DNA from: Mobula hypostoma
Lineage: Eukaryota
NCBI RefSeq assembly: GCF_963921235.1
Contig: NC_086108.1
Location: 21,452,001-21,516,000 of the forward strand
DNA length: 64,000 nt
Direction of reading: 5' to 3'
The first letter of the stretch is position 1. Every line of letters begins with the position of its first letter. The notes under the pieces were generated by a model. That model did not search any database. It was not told the DNA's origin and worked only from the letters and a program-made list of their open reading frames with translations. Shown here piece by piece: positions 24,920-36,678 of the stretch. The position numbers and the translations under genes are program-made.

Positions 24920-26960
24920 TTAACACTTCTCTCTCCAATTCCAACCTCTCTCCTTCCGAACGCTGAGCTCTTCACTCCCTCTGCACTAATCCTAACCTCA
25001 CTCTCAAACCGGCTGATTAGGAGGGTGCTGTAGTAGTCTGGTGTACTGACCTCTATCTTGCTGAGGCCCAACAACAACTCTCAAACATCTCCACTTACTA
25101 CCCCCTCAAACAGGACCCCACTAAGGAGCACTAGGCCATTGTCTCCCACACCATCATTGACCTTATTAGCTCTGGGGGTCTCCCATTTCCACTGCCTCCA
25201 ACCTCATAGCTCCGTCACCCTGCACCTGCTACTTCTATCTCCGACCCAAGACCCAGAAACCTGCTTGTCCAGGTAGACCCATTGTTTCAGCTTGTTCCTG
25301 CCCCACTGAACTCGTATCTGCATACCTCAACTGTTTTCCCCACTTGTTCAGTCCCTTCCTACCTACATCTGTGACACTTCACACGCTCTGGATCTTTTCA
25401 ATAATTTCAAGTTCCCTGGCCCCCATCATCGCATTTTTACTATGGATGTCCAGTCCCTATACACCTCCACCCCTCCCCCGCCCCCCCAACAGGAAGGCCT
25501 CAAAGCTCTAGGTTTCTTTCTGGACACCAGACCCAGCCAGTTCCCCTCCACCACCATTCTCAACCATCTAACGGAACGTCCTCACTCTTAATTATTTCTC
25601 TTTTGGCTTCTCCTACTTGCTTCAAACAAAAGGTGTACCCATGGGCACTCCTATGGGTCCCAGCTATGCCCACCTTTTTGTTGGCACGTGGAACAGTCTA
25701 TGTTCCAAGACTACCCCGGTGACCATCCCCCGCTTTTCCTATGCTACTTCGAGGACTGCATTGGAGCTGCTTCCTGCACACATGCAGAACTTGCTGACTT
25801 CATCCACTTTGCCTCCAGCTTCCACCCTGCTCTCAAATTCACCAGTTCCATTTTCGACACCTTCCTCCATTTCATGGTCTCTCCATTTCTATCTGTGCAG
25901 ACAGCTCATCTACTGATGTCTATTATAAACCCACAGACTCTCACAGTTACCTGGACTATCACACACAAAATGCTGGTGGAACTCAGTAGGCCAGGCAGCA
26001 TCTATGGAAAGAAGTACAGTCGTTATTTCGGGTTGAAATCCTTCAGCAGGACTGGAGAAAAGAGCTAAGGAGTACTTGGAACATCAGTGGTACTTTTTTT
26101 CCATAGATGCTGCCTGGCCTGCTGAGTTCCTCCAGAATTTTGTGCGTGTTGCTCAGATTTCCAACATCTCTATATCTTCTCATTTGTTACCTGGACTATA
26201 CCTCTTCCCCTTCTCTCACTTCCTCTGTCAACCCCGCATCTACTCTCAGGATGAGATTTTTCATTCCAGAACGAAGGAGATGTCCCCCTTCTAAGAAAGG
26301 GGCTTCCTGTCCTCCACCATCAACGCTGCCCTCCACCGTATCTCTTCCATTTCACGCAGGTCTGCTCTCATCCCATCCACCCACCACCCTACCAGGGATA
26401 GGTTTCCTCTCGTCCTCACCTACCACCCTACCAGCCTCCTAGTCCAGCACATAATTCTCTGCAAATTCCTCCATCTCCAACAGGATCCCATCACCAAGCA
26501 CATCTTTTCTCCCCTCCCACTTTCTGCTTTCCACAAGGATTGCTCCCTACGCAACTCTTGTCTATTCATCCTTCCCCACTGATCTCCCTTCTGACACATC
26601 CTCGCAAGTGGAATAAGTGCTACATCTGCCCCTACACCTCCCTCCTCACTACCATTCTAGTGCTCCTCCCCCCTTTTCTTTCTTCCATGGCCTTCTGTCC
26701 TCTCCTATTAGATTCTCCCTTTTCCAGCCCTGTATCTTTTTCACCAATCAACTTCACAGCTCTTTACTCCCCCGCCCCCCCACTCCCGGTTTTTTCTTGT
26801 CTTTCTCTCTCCCCTCCCCCTCCACACCTTTTAACTCGACTCCTCATCTATTTTTCACCAGACTTGCTGAAAGGTCTCAGCCTGAAATATTGACTGTACT
26901 CTTTTCCAGAGATGTTGCCTGGCCTGCTGAGTTTCTTCAGAATTTTGTGTGCGTGGCCTG
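24920..26960 (+). mobile_element. Older PLE with degraded reverse transcriptase
   Basis: LKPAD*.GAVVVW.TDLYLAEAQQQLS, FTMDVQSLYT, QTKGVPMGTPMGPSYAHLFVG, LCYFEDCIG, RKWNKCYICPY, and a PLE 3' end with decayed hammerhead at about 26860-26895. Confidence 0.85.
25960..26185. mobile_element. Fold-back mini-PLE nested in the older PLE
   Basis: Inverted arms cacacaaaatgctggtggaactcagtaggccaggcagcatctatgg / ccatagatgctgcctggcctgctgagttcctccagaattttgtg. 14-bp TSD gttacctggactat (25946-25959, 26186-26199). Confidence 0.85.
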
Positions 26961-27493
26961 AGAGTCCCTTATGAGCATGCAAGACTTGGAGCTTTCCAAG
27001 GTAAGGCTGACGGTCTTATCATTATTCAGACAAACTAAGAAAGTACTTATGATTTCCAGTCGTAATCCAAAATTGTGAAGCCAAACCTCTTAAGATTATA
27101 TTTGTTCACTTGCAAGAAGGCACTTTGCTTTAAAAACCAAATACTGATTTTGGCACTTAATTCTGATAATTTCTTCAAGCAAAGTCAAGAACATTTGAAT
27201 ATAATGAGAATCCTTTTAAGCAAGAGATTAATTAAAATGGATTATTATAAAAACTCATCAGCAACCGATATAATTATTTTATAAATTAGAAGAGTCAATT
27301 CACTCCCTAGGTAGACTGAGGTTTTCGGTCGCTTTTTTTAAATAAGAAAAATAATGCCTACCCCACCAAAGGCTGAAGACTACCCTGTTTCTTTTAAGTC
27401 TCAGTTGTTGGAAATGACATGTCTGATCAAGAAACATACATCAAAGTTGCTGGTGAACGCAGCAGGCCAAGCAGCATCTATAGGAAGAGGCGC

Positions 27494-27529
27494 AGTCGAC
27501 GTTTCAGGCCTAGAGCCTTCGTCAGGACT
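27494..27529 (-). ncRNA. Minimal type-I hammerhead ribozyme motif
   Basis: AGUC-CUGACGA-AGG-cucuagg-CCU-GAAA-CG-UC-GACU. It differs from the other copies only in loop II. Confidence 0.8.
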
Positions 27530-27824
27530 AACTGAAGGAAGAGTGAGTAAGGGATTTGAAAGCTGGAGGGGGAGGGGGAGATGCAAAATGATAGGAGAAG
27601 ACAGGAGGGGGAGGGATAGAGCCGAGAGCTGGACAGGTGATAGGCAAAAGGGGATACGAGAGGATCATGGGACAGGAGGTCCGGGAAGAAAGACAAGGGG
27701 GGGGGTGACCCAGAGGATGGGCAACAGGTATATTCAGAGGGACAGAGGGAGAAAAAGGAGAGTAAGAGAAAGAATGTGTGCATAAAAATGAGTAACAGAT
27801 GGGGTACGAGGGGGAGGTGGAGCC

Positions 27825-28300
27825 TTAGCGGAAGTTAGAGAAATCGATGTTCATGCCATCAGGTTGGAGGCTACCCAGACGGAATATAAGGTGTTGTTCC
27901 TCCAACCTGAGTGTGGCTTCATCTTTACAGTAGAGGAGGCCGTGGATAGACATGTCAGAATGGGAATGGGATGTGGAATTAAAATGTGTGGCCACTGGGA
28001 GATCCTGCTTTCTCTGGCCGACAGAGCGTAGATGTTCAGCAAAGCGGTCTCCCAGTCTGCGTCGGGTCTCACCAATATATAAAAGGCCACATCGGGAGCA
28101 CCGGACGCAGTATATCACCCCAGTCGACTTACAGGTGAAGTGATGCCTCACCTGGAAGGACTGTTTGGGGCCCTGAATGGTGGTAAGGGAGGAAGTGTAA
28201 GGGCATGTGTAGCACTTGTTCCGCTTACACGGATAAGTGCCAGGAGGGAGATCAGTGGGGAGGGATGGGGGGGACGAATGGACAAGGGAGTTGTGTAGGG
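27825..28300 (-). pseudogene. PLE GIY-YIG endonuclease domain
   Basis: C-terminal part of ORF 27825-28595(-): VIYCVRCSRCGLLYIGETRRRLGDRFAEHLRSV...LEEQHLIFRLGSLQPDGMN. Confidence 0.9.
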
Positions 28301-29179
28301 AGCGATTCCTGTGGAATGCAGAGGGGGGGGGAGGGGAAGATGTGCTTAACGGTGGGATCCCGTTGGAGGTGGCGGAAGTTACGGAGAATAATATGTTGGA
28401 CCCGGAGGCTGGTGCGGTGGTAGGTGAGGACCAGGGGAACCCTATTCCTAGTGGGGTGGTGGGAGGATGGTGTGAGAGCAGATGTTCGTGAAATGGGGGA
28501 GATGCGTTTAAGAGCAGAGTTGATAGTGGAGGAAGGGAAGCCCCTTTCTTTAAAAAATGAAGACATCTCCCTCGTCCTAGAATGAAAAGCCTCATCCTGA
28601 GAGCAGATGCGGCGGAGACGGAGGAATTGTCTGATCAAGAGCTGATTTATATTATCATCTGTAGACCTTGTGTGAAGACGAACTTTTCAATAACGTGCAG
28701 AGTGAAAATAATCAAGAGAAATAATCAATGGAGAGGTCTGTCCCACAATTCACTAAAGTTACAATCTGGATGCCAACAAAAGCTGAAGTGATTAAGTTGC
28801 AGGGTATGTGTTCCCCACTTTTTCTCTCTTTTCAAAGATATCCCTCTGTCCTCCTGTTTATCAGAAACAAAATATAAATTTAAAACACATTTTATTGTTG
28901 GTAGAAAACAAACAACATCCAGTGTGATCAGTTAAACTATTCTGCCTCTTGTATCAGAATTATGTACTTCAGATGGCAGGGCATCAAAGATATTTTTACA
29001 GATGCAGGAGGTCCACTAAAACAATAAAGTCACACTGTTTTGATTGCTGTTGTACCACACAAGCTTTAATCAGCCTACTAGAAACAATATCTACAGAATT
29101 TAGCAGGGAAAATTAACCTTAGAATGGAAAACTATTTCACAGTGCTCTCCCTACCCTCAAGAAACACAACTGTGAGGTC

Positions 29180-30225
29180 AGAATTAGAATCAGGTTTAAT
29201 ATCACTGGCATATACCACTCAAACAACTGATCTGCTTCACTCTGTATGCCTCCTCATCACCATCTAAAATTTATTATGAAAGTACATATGTATCACCATA
29301 TACAACCCTGAGATTGGTTTGGTTACAGGCATACTCAGTAAATCCAAGAACCACAAAAGAATCCATGAAAGATGCACCCAACATCATTGGCAAATTTATA
29401 GATGGTGTTTGAGCTGTATCTAGCCATATGGAACACAGTCATGTGTGTAGACAAGAGTAGAGCAATGGGCTAAGCACGCATCTTTGTGCACCAGTGTTGA
29501 TAATCAGGAAAGATGAGACGTTATTTCTAATCTGCACTGGCTATGGTCTCCTGAGGATGAAGTCAAAGGTCCAGTTGCAGAGAAAGGTATAGAGATCCAG
29601 GTATTGGAGTTGTTGATTAAAACTGAGGGTACGATTGTGTTGAATCCTGAGCGGTAATCAACAAACAGCAGTCTGACATAGGTATTGCTATTCCCAAACA
29701 CAGGCAAATCTGCAGATGCTGTGCACACCAAATGCTGGAGGAACTCAGCAGGTCAGCCAGCATCTATGGAAAAGAGTAAACAGTCGACATTTCGGGCCGA
29801 GACCCTTCATCAGGACTGGAAAAGGAGGAGAAATTTGCCAGAATAAAAAGATGGGGGGAGGGGAGGGAGGACAAGCTAGAAGGTGATCGGTGAAGCCAGT
29901 TGTGTGGGTCCTGATGAAGGGTCGCAACCCAAAACATTGAATGCTTACTCTTTTCCATACATGTTGCCTGGCATGCTGAGACCCTCAAGCATTTTGTGTG
30001 TGTTGCTAGGTACTGCTATTGTTTAGGCAATTCAAGACCGAGTGGAGAGCCAGGGAGATTCCATCCACTGTAGACCTATTGTGTCAATAGGCAAATTGTA
30101 GTGGCTCCAGGTCCTTGCTTAGGCAGGCGTTGGTTCTGGCTGGCCATGACCAACCTCTCAAACCCCTTCACTTCAGTAGATCAGAGTGCACCTGGATGAT
30201 AGTCATTGAAGCAACTCACCCCGCT
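29180..30225 (-). mobile_element. Rex1/Babar-type LINE fragments
   Basis: Minus-strand NTYVRLLFVDYRSGFNTIVPSVL and a 3' tail (aataaacctgattct-like). Interrupted by a mini-PLE. Confidence 0.65.
29693..30006. mobile_element. Fold-back mini-PLE (older subfamily)
   Basis: Inverted PLE ends with hammerheads at 29782-29817(-) (CUGAUGA...GAAAUGUC) and about 29907-29942(+) (decayed). TSD taggtattgctatt (29679-29692) / taggtactgctatt (30007-30020). Confidence 0.8.
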
Positions 30226-30304
30226 CGTCTTGAGCATTAGTATCCCATTTCTGGTCCAGTTCACTGCAAAGATGCATGTTCCCACCCACAAGATGTCTAT
30301 ATTG

Positions 30305-30715
30305 AGTTTCAAATGTCATAAAATCACATACAGCATGGAAATAGATCCGGCGACCCAAATGGTCCATGCTGATGAAGATTCCCATCTAAACTAGTCATAT
30401 TTGCTTGCATTTAGCCCATATCCCTCTACTCCTTTTCTGTCAATGTACCGATCCAAATACCCTTTAAATGTTGGTAATATGCCTGCCTCAACCACTTCCC
30501 CTAGTTGTCCACTCTCTGGGTGAAAAGGTTGCTCCTCATGATCCTATTAAACCTCTTCTTTCTCACCTTAATGTTATGATTCCTCAGAGCTGAGAAGACT
30601 GCGTGTATTCACCCCATCTATGCCCCTCAGTTTTAGACAACTCCTTAAGATCATCCCTCTTTTTCATACACTCAATGAAAAAAGTCCAACCTGCTCAACC
30701 TCTCTTGGAGAGGCT
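30305..30715 (-). mobile_element. Degraded CR1-type 3' fragment
   Basis: Reverse-oriented CR1 3' UTR and ORF2 end (ccactctctgggtgaaaa is the FTQRVV motif on the minus strand). Confidence 0.55.
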
Positions 30716-31510
30716 CTCCAAGCCTCTCTGAATAATTATATCACCATCACTGATTTATGTGAATGCCTGGCTCTTCCATTTTGGGTAACAAAGAGAATTT
30801 CTAGTAGTTTTGTCTGGAGCTTAAGGAAGGCCTGCACTAAGTGTAGAATGCATATACACCTCCGAAACCACCTTCTCAACATGCCAATTACCTTTTGTCC
30901 CACCTTACAGAACCCATGGGTTCCATACAGCCACCTCAGAACCCACAGAATCAGAACATCTAAGAAGAAACTAAAAGAAAGGAATAAAATAAAAAATGCA
31001 GAGGAGCAAATCAAATTAAGGATTTGCAGATTTGAGAATTCAGGTAATATTCCTACAAACTAATTATTGATATTATTGGCACATTCAGCATTAAACAATC
31101 TGTACAACAAATAGTGAAGGAAAAGCTAACAATTACTTGACACTCTTAATAAGAGCAATCTACCCTTTATTCTGGTTAAGATAAATCTAAATGACCATAT
31201 CAGCCAATAACTGTGGAAGAGGTATGCAAATAAATGTTGTCAAATGAATTTGATTTTGTATAACAATAAAGTAAAACAGAGCCTATCAGTCAAGACTACT
31301 ATAGACCAGATGTTTGGCTGTGTCACAAGCCTTTATACATTGTGGAAGTTAAACAATCTATATTAATTGCTTGCTAATTCTATTTATTACAGCAAATCCT
31401 AATAAGAAGGCAACACATAATTAGTCCATTAATGAAAAGTTATTTTTCGTTCCATTCCTGTTCTTCTTAAACATCCCATTCTAACCAAAACAAACTGCTC
31501 TCAAAAAATA

Positions 31511-31698
31511 CACATCAAAGTTGCTGGTGAACGCAGCAGGCCAGGCAGCTAGCTCTTCCTTCAGTTAGTCCTGACGAAGGGTCTCGGCCTGAAACGTCGA
31601 CTGTACCTCTTCCTAGAGATGCTGTCTGGCCTGCTGCGTTCACCAGCAACTTTGATGTGTGTTGCTTGAATTTCCAGCATCTGCAGAATTCCTCGTGT
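31511..31698. mobile_element. Fold-back mini-PLE with intact hammerhead
   Basis: Inverted arms cacatcaaagttgctggtgaacgcagcaggccag / ctggcctgctgcgttcaccagcaactttgatgtg. TSD ctgctctcaaaaaata (31495-31510, 31699-31714). Confidence 0.88.
31567..31602 (+). ncRNA. Minimal type-I hammerhead ribozyme motif
   Basis: agtc-ctgacga-agg-gtctcgg-cct-gaaa-cg-tc-gact read directly on the plus strand. Confidence 0.82.
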
Positions 31699-31849
31699 CT
31701 GCTCTCAAAAAATATCAACTTTTCTTGGTGTTGCCATGAACCGTGTTGCATGCTGTTCTGATCACTTCCATTTTCCACAAGAAGCAACTTCTCACAATTT
31801 GTTACTTGGGATGCAAAACCACTATAAGAAAATTAAGTATTTTTGACAC

Positions 31850-33066
31850 AGAGTGGATAGGGGAGAACCAGTGGATGTGATATATTTGGATTTTCAAAAG
31901 GCTTTTGACAAGGTCCCACACAGGAGATTAGTGTGCAAACTTAAAGCACACGGTATTGGGGGTACAGTATTGATGTGGATAGAGAATTGGTTGGCAGACA
32001 GGAAGCAAGGAGTGGGAATAAACGGGACCTTTTCAGAATGGCAGGCAGTGACTAGTGGGGTACCGCAAGGCTCAGTGCTGGGACCCCAGTTGTTTACAAT
32101 ATATATTAATGACTTGGATGAGGGAATTAAATGCAGCATCTCCAAGTTTGCGGATGACACGAAGCTGGGCGGCAGTGTTAGCTGTGAGGAGGATGCTAAG
32201 AGGATGCAGGGTGACTTGGATAGGTTAGGTGAGTGGGCAAATTCATGGCAGATGCAATTTAATGTGGATAAATGTGAGGTTATCCACTGTGGCAAAAACA
32301 GGAAAACAGATTATTATCTGAATGGTGGCCGATTAGGAAAAGGGGAGGTGCAACAAGACCTGGGTGTCATTATACACCAGTCATTGAAAGTGGGTATGCA
32401 GGTACAGCAGGCGGTGAAAAAGGCGAATGGTATGCTGGCAATTATAGCAAGAGGATTCGAGTACAGGAGCAGGGAGGTACTACTGCAGTTGTACAAGGCC
32501 TTGGTGAGACCACACCTGGAGTATTGTGTGCAGTTTTGGTCCCCTAATCTGAGGAAAGACATCCTTGCCATAGAGGGAGTACAAAGAAGGTTCACCAGAT
32601 TGATTCCTGGGATGGCTGGACTTTCATATGATGAAAGACTGGATGAACTAGGCTTATACTCGTTGGAATTTAGAAGATTGAGGGGGGATCTTATTGAAAC
32701 ATATACAATCCTAAAGGGATTGGACAGGCAGGAAGATTGTTCCCGATGTAGGGGAAGTCCAGAACGAGGGGTCACAGTTTGAGGGGAAGCCTTTTAGGAC
32801 CGAGATTAGGAAAAACTTCTTCACACAGAGAGTGGTGAATCTGTGGAATCCTCTGCCACAGGAAACAGTTGAGGCCAGTTCATTGGCTATATTTAAGAGG
32901 GAGTTAGATATGGCCCTTGTGGCTAAAGGGATCAGGGGGTATGGAGGGAAGGCTGGTGCAGGGTTCTGAGTTGGATGATCAGCCATGATCATACTGAATG
33001 GCGGTGCAGGCTCGAAGGGCCAAATGGCCTACTCCTGCACATATTTTCTATGTTTCTATGTTTCTA
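31850..33066 (+). mobile_element. 5'-truncated CR1 LINE (RT C-terminal half, 309-aa ORF 31853-32782)
   Basis: YLDFQKAFDKVPH, GVPQGSVLGP, KFADD, RPHLEYCVQFW, and tail tttctatgtttctatgtttcta. Confidence 0.92.
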
Positions 33067-33790
33067 AATATGCTGCCACCGTTGCGAAATCTGTTAACTT
33101 AGCAGCAGCAGTTTAATGCAATAGAAGATAATATAGAAAGAAAGAATACATAAGTAAATCAATTATAGTAAGTATATATGTTAATTGAATAGCTTAAAAA
33201 TGCAAGAACAGAAATATATATAAAAAAGTGAGGTGGTGTTCTTGGGTTAAATGCCAATTTAGAAATCGGATGACAGAGGGCAAGAAGCTGTTTCTAAATT
33301 GCTGAGTGTGTGTCTTCAGGCTTCTGTACTTCCTTCCTGATGGTAACAATGAAAAGAGGGTATGCCCTGGGTGATGAGGGTCCTTAATTTCTGAGGCACT
33401 ACTCCTTAAAGATGTCCTGGGTACTTTGTAAGCTAGTACCCAAGATGGAGCCGATTAAATTTACGACCCTCTGCAGCTTCTTTCGGTCCTGTGCAGCAGC
33501 CCCCCACCCACTGCGCCCCCATACCAGACAGTGATGCAGCCTGTCAGAATGCTTTCAACGGTACATCTATAGAGGTTTGTAAGTGTTTTAGGTGACAAAC
33601 CAAATCATTTCAAACTCCTAATGATACATAGCCACTGTCTTGCCTTCTTTATAGCTGCATTGATATGTTGGGAGCAAGTTAGATCCTCAGAGATCTTGAC
33701 ACCCAGGATCTTGAAATTGCTCCTTCTCTCAACTACAGATCCCTCTATGAGGATTGATTCGTGTTCCTTAGTTTTAGCCTTCCTGAAGTC
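33067..33790 (-). mobile_element. Rex1/Babar-type LINE 3' fragment
   Basis: Reverse complement of the LTGCITVWY / HPGHTLFSLLPSG region and 3' UTR seen at 18200-18800. Confidence 0.7.
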
Positions 33791-33835
33791 CTGGTTTATG
33801 TCCTTGTTTATTTAGACTATAGTACTCATTATTCA

Positions 33836-34045
33836 GCCAGCTGGTGGTGTAGTGGCATCCGCACCGGACTTTGAGGCGCGTGATCCCAGGTACAAATCCG
33901 GCCGGTTCCTTGCACGCTTTCCATCTGCGCTGGGATGACTATCGAGCTAGCAACTCGACCTTGTAAAAAAACAGACAAGTGCTAAAGAAACAGCAAGGTT
34001 CCCACCCAATGCACCACAAGGCACGGAAAGGAACAACAAACAAAA
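33836..34045 (+). mobile_element. tRNA-derived SINE
   Basis: Box A-like tggtgtagtgg, box B-like ggtacaaatcc, and an (aac)n/A-rich tail. Confidence 0.55.
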
Positions 34046-34064
34046 CTTATTACTTAAGGTTCCT

Positions 34065-34510
34065 TAAGGTTGTCATAGCCAGGGGAGGTAGTGGGGATAA
34101 GCCCCCACTACGATTTAAATGCTCCCCATCTCAAATAACCTCACCTGTGGCTTAGCTACTCAGCCCAAAGGAACTGCTTCTATTGACAGGAGAAGGGGCA
34201 AAGGTGGGTCACTGATGCCTTAAAACCATTTGCTTCAGGCAGATGAACTTATCAGCCGTGGTTAGCAGCTCATCTAGGCGAAGGAAAACTCTGATCGCAA
34301 ACCTCTGCTACCTTGCGGTTATACCCAAACATGGTGAAGGCTTTGGGAATAAACTCCAAGGAAAAGTCCAGAGCTGGACTCCTGTGCTGAGTTCAATGCT
34401 GACTGGCAATCTTGTGACAATGTTAGTGCCAAACTGTACCAAGTCCCTGCTGTTCCCTTGGATTCATTAGTTACATTGGGGGGGGTGGTGGATGGGAGCC
34501 TGCTAGTTGG
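34065..34510 (+). mobile_element. RTE-type LINE 5' UTR-like fragment
   Basis: Contains gaaggaaaactctgatcgcaaacctctgctaccttgcggttataccc, which I recognise as RTE 5'UTR-like. It shares ctcacctgtggct with the 59200 element and has the hairpin gtagtgggg...cccccactac. Confidence 0.5.
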
Positions 34511-34544
34511 GGAATATCTCTCTCTCCCCCTCTCTCCCCGGTGA

Positions 34545-35120
34545 TTAGTGGTGTTCCACAGGGATTGGTGTTGGGACCGCTTCCTTGCGTATTACATGCC
34601 AATGATTCACATGACAGAAATGATAGCTTTGTGGCCAAGTTTGCAGACGATACGAAGATATGTGGAAGGATAGGTAGTGTTCAAGAAGCAGGAATCTGCA
34701 GAAGGACTTAGACCGGGAGAACAGGCGAAGAAGTGGGAGATGGAATATAGTGCCAGGAAATGTATGGTCATACACTTTGGTAAAAGAAATAAAAGTGTAG
34801 ATAATTTTCTAAATGGGGAGACAATTCAAAAATCAGAGGTTCAGAGTGAGTTGGGAGTCCTCATACAGGATTCCCTAAAGGTTAACTTGCAGGTTGAGAT
34901 AGTGGTAAGGAAGGCAAATGCAATGTTAGCCTTCATTTTGAGAGGACTAGAATATAAAAGCAAGATGTAATCCTGAGGTTTTATACGGAATTTATCAGAC
35001 CACACTTATGAGCAGCTTTGGGCCCCAAATCTAAGAAAAGATGTGTTGGCATTGGAGAGGGTCCAGAGGAGGTTCACAAAAATGATCACAGGAACAGAAG
35101 TGTTAACATATGAGGTGAAT
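34545..35120 (+). mobile_element. Degraded CR1 RT fragment
   Basis: GVPQG.VLGP, KFADDTK, KCMVIHFG, KANAMLAFI.RGLEYKS. Confidence 0.75.
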
Positions 35121-35321
35121 AGTCAATGAACTTATGAACACAACCATGTTATTCATCTTTTGCACAATTTTTGTACTTTATTGTAATTTTTGCCGGAAAA
35201 CAACAAACTTCATGACATATGTCAATGATAATAAACCTGATTCTGCACAACTGCAAAAACAGCAAAATAATTCTGATGCTTTACAGTTCCACAACCGAGC
35301 TTTGATCCTGACCTATTAACT

Positions 35322-36170
35322 TGTTTGTCAGGAGTTTACATATTCTCTCTGTAACCATGTGGGTATCTCCGAGGTGCTCCAGTTTCAGCCCACACCTCAG
35401 AGATGTGTAACACGCTGTAAGGTTTCACTGCTAAGGCTAATGTAATAGCTTCAAAGTAATGTTCCACTGTTAAGGTAATGGTTTCTCTATAGCAGCAATG
35501 TTTGGGTTATGACTCGAGATTAACGGGGCTTTGGAATGCAGAGGTTAGCCAATCAGGAGTTTGCTGCCCTGTCTTGTGATTCTGGAAGCAGTTGATTTCA
35601 CGGGCTTTTGCCAGAGGAAGAGGGAGAGATGAAGAGAGAAGACGCTAATGCAGAGATCTGGTAGACTGCCAGACAGGGTGGACTCGGAGCAGGGGTCCGA
35701 AGGTCAGCGAAGCTCGGAGGGGCCCGATGGTGGAAGAAGGATTATTGAACTCTGTGAGCTCCAACTTTTGTGCACAGACTGTTTATTATTAAATCTTATG
35801 ATTTGGGCCCTTTTTCTTTTATATTTTGTTTCTCTACTAACCATATAGTCAAAATAAGAGTTATAAAGCTTAATTGTTTAATCACATATTGTGTATTGTT
35901 TGTTATTTCAGGGTACTGATTTGTAACAGGGGACACATTGCGCAGCATCCACCCAAACGAGCTTTCTTAAGTTTGGCCGGGCAGGGGGTTATCACCGCGC
36001 CCCCCCCCCCATATTAAGCCGCTAGGCGAAGTGAGTGTCACAGATGTGCGGGGCTGTTAGGTTATGGCTGAGGAGAACAGGGTTACAGGGAACACTAGTA
36101 GAAGAATGGGAATACTGTCTGGGTTGACGCAGACTCAGTGGGCTGAAATGGCTTCACTTTATGCTGTAAG
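35322..36170 (+). mobile_element. V-SINE/HE1-like SINE interrupted by a solo LTR
   Basis: V-domain-like ggagtttacatattctctctgtaaccatgtgggtatctccgaggtgctccagtttcagcccaca. It resumes after the LTR with a LINE-like tail (gactcagtgggctgaaatggc). Confidence 0.6.
35406..36042 (+). mobile_element. Solo LTR (637 bp)
   Basis: tgtaaca...tgtcaca termini and a perfect 4-bp TSD gatg (35402-35405, 36043-36046). Confidence 0.85.
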
Positions 36171-36189
36171 GAAATATGGAAGCTACGAA

Positions 36190-36570
36190 TGAGAATCAGA
36201 TTTATTACTACTGACATATGTCATGAAATTTGTTATTTTGCTGCAGCAGTACAGTGCAATACATTAAAAAATGACTTTCAATTACAATAATATACAAAAA
36301 TAAATTCGTGCTAAAAGAGAACAAAATAGTGTAGAGTGTTCATGGATCATTCAGAAATCTAATGGTGGAGGGGAAGAAATTGTTCCTAAGACATTGTGCA
36401 AATTCAGGTTCCTGTACCTTTTTGTTGATGGTGGTAATTACAGGAGGGCATGTACTGGATGGTGAGGGTCCTTCCTGATGGATGCCATCTTCTTTTGGCA
36501 TTGCCTTTTAAAGACGTCATCAATGGTGGTGGGTGGAGGGGAGGGCAAGTGCCCATGATGGAGCTGGGGG
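36190..36570 (-). mobile_element. Rex1/Babar-type LINE 3' fragment
   Basis: Reverse-oriented 3' tail (atcagatttattactactgacatatgtcatgaaatttgtt) and the HHPVHALL region. Confidence 0.6.
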
Positions 36571-36678
36571 TGGGAGATTGAATAGTTTTTTTAGAAAAAT
36601 AGCACAGGTATTAAAGGCTGAGGAACATCCTTGCATACTGTTAATGATTCCATGATAAAACACTCCTCCATATAGAAC

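Larger units (their letters stand above)
27433..28627 (-). mobile_element. 5'-truncated Penelope-like element (Neptune-type)
   Basis: RT C-terminal/thumb frame (QFLRLRRICS...FFKERGFP), Cys-rich linker CKRNKCYTC and GIY-YIG domain. 13-bp TSD tgtctgatcaaga (27420-27432, 28628-28640). Confidence 0.92.
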
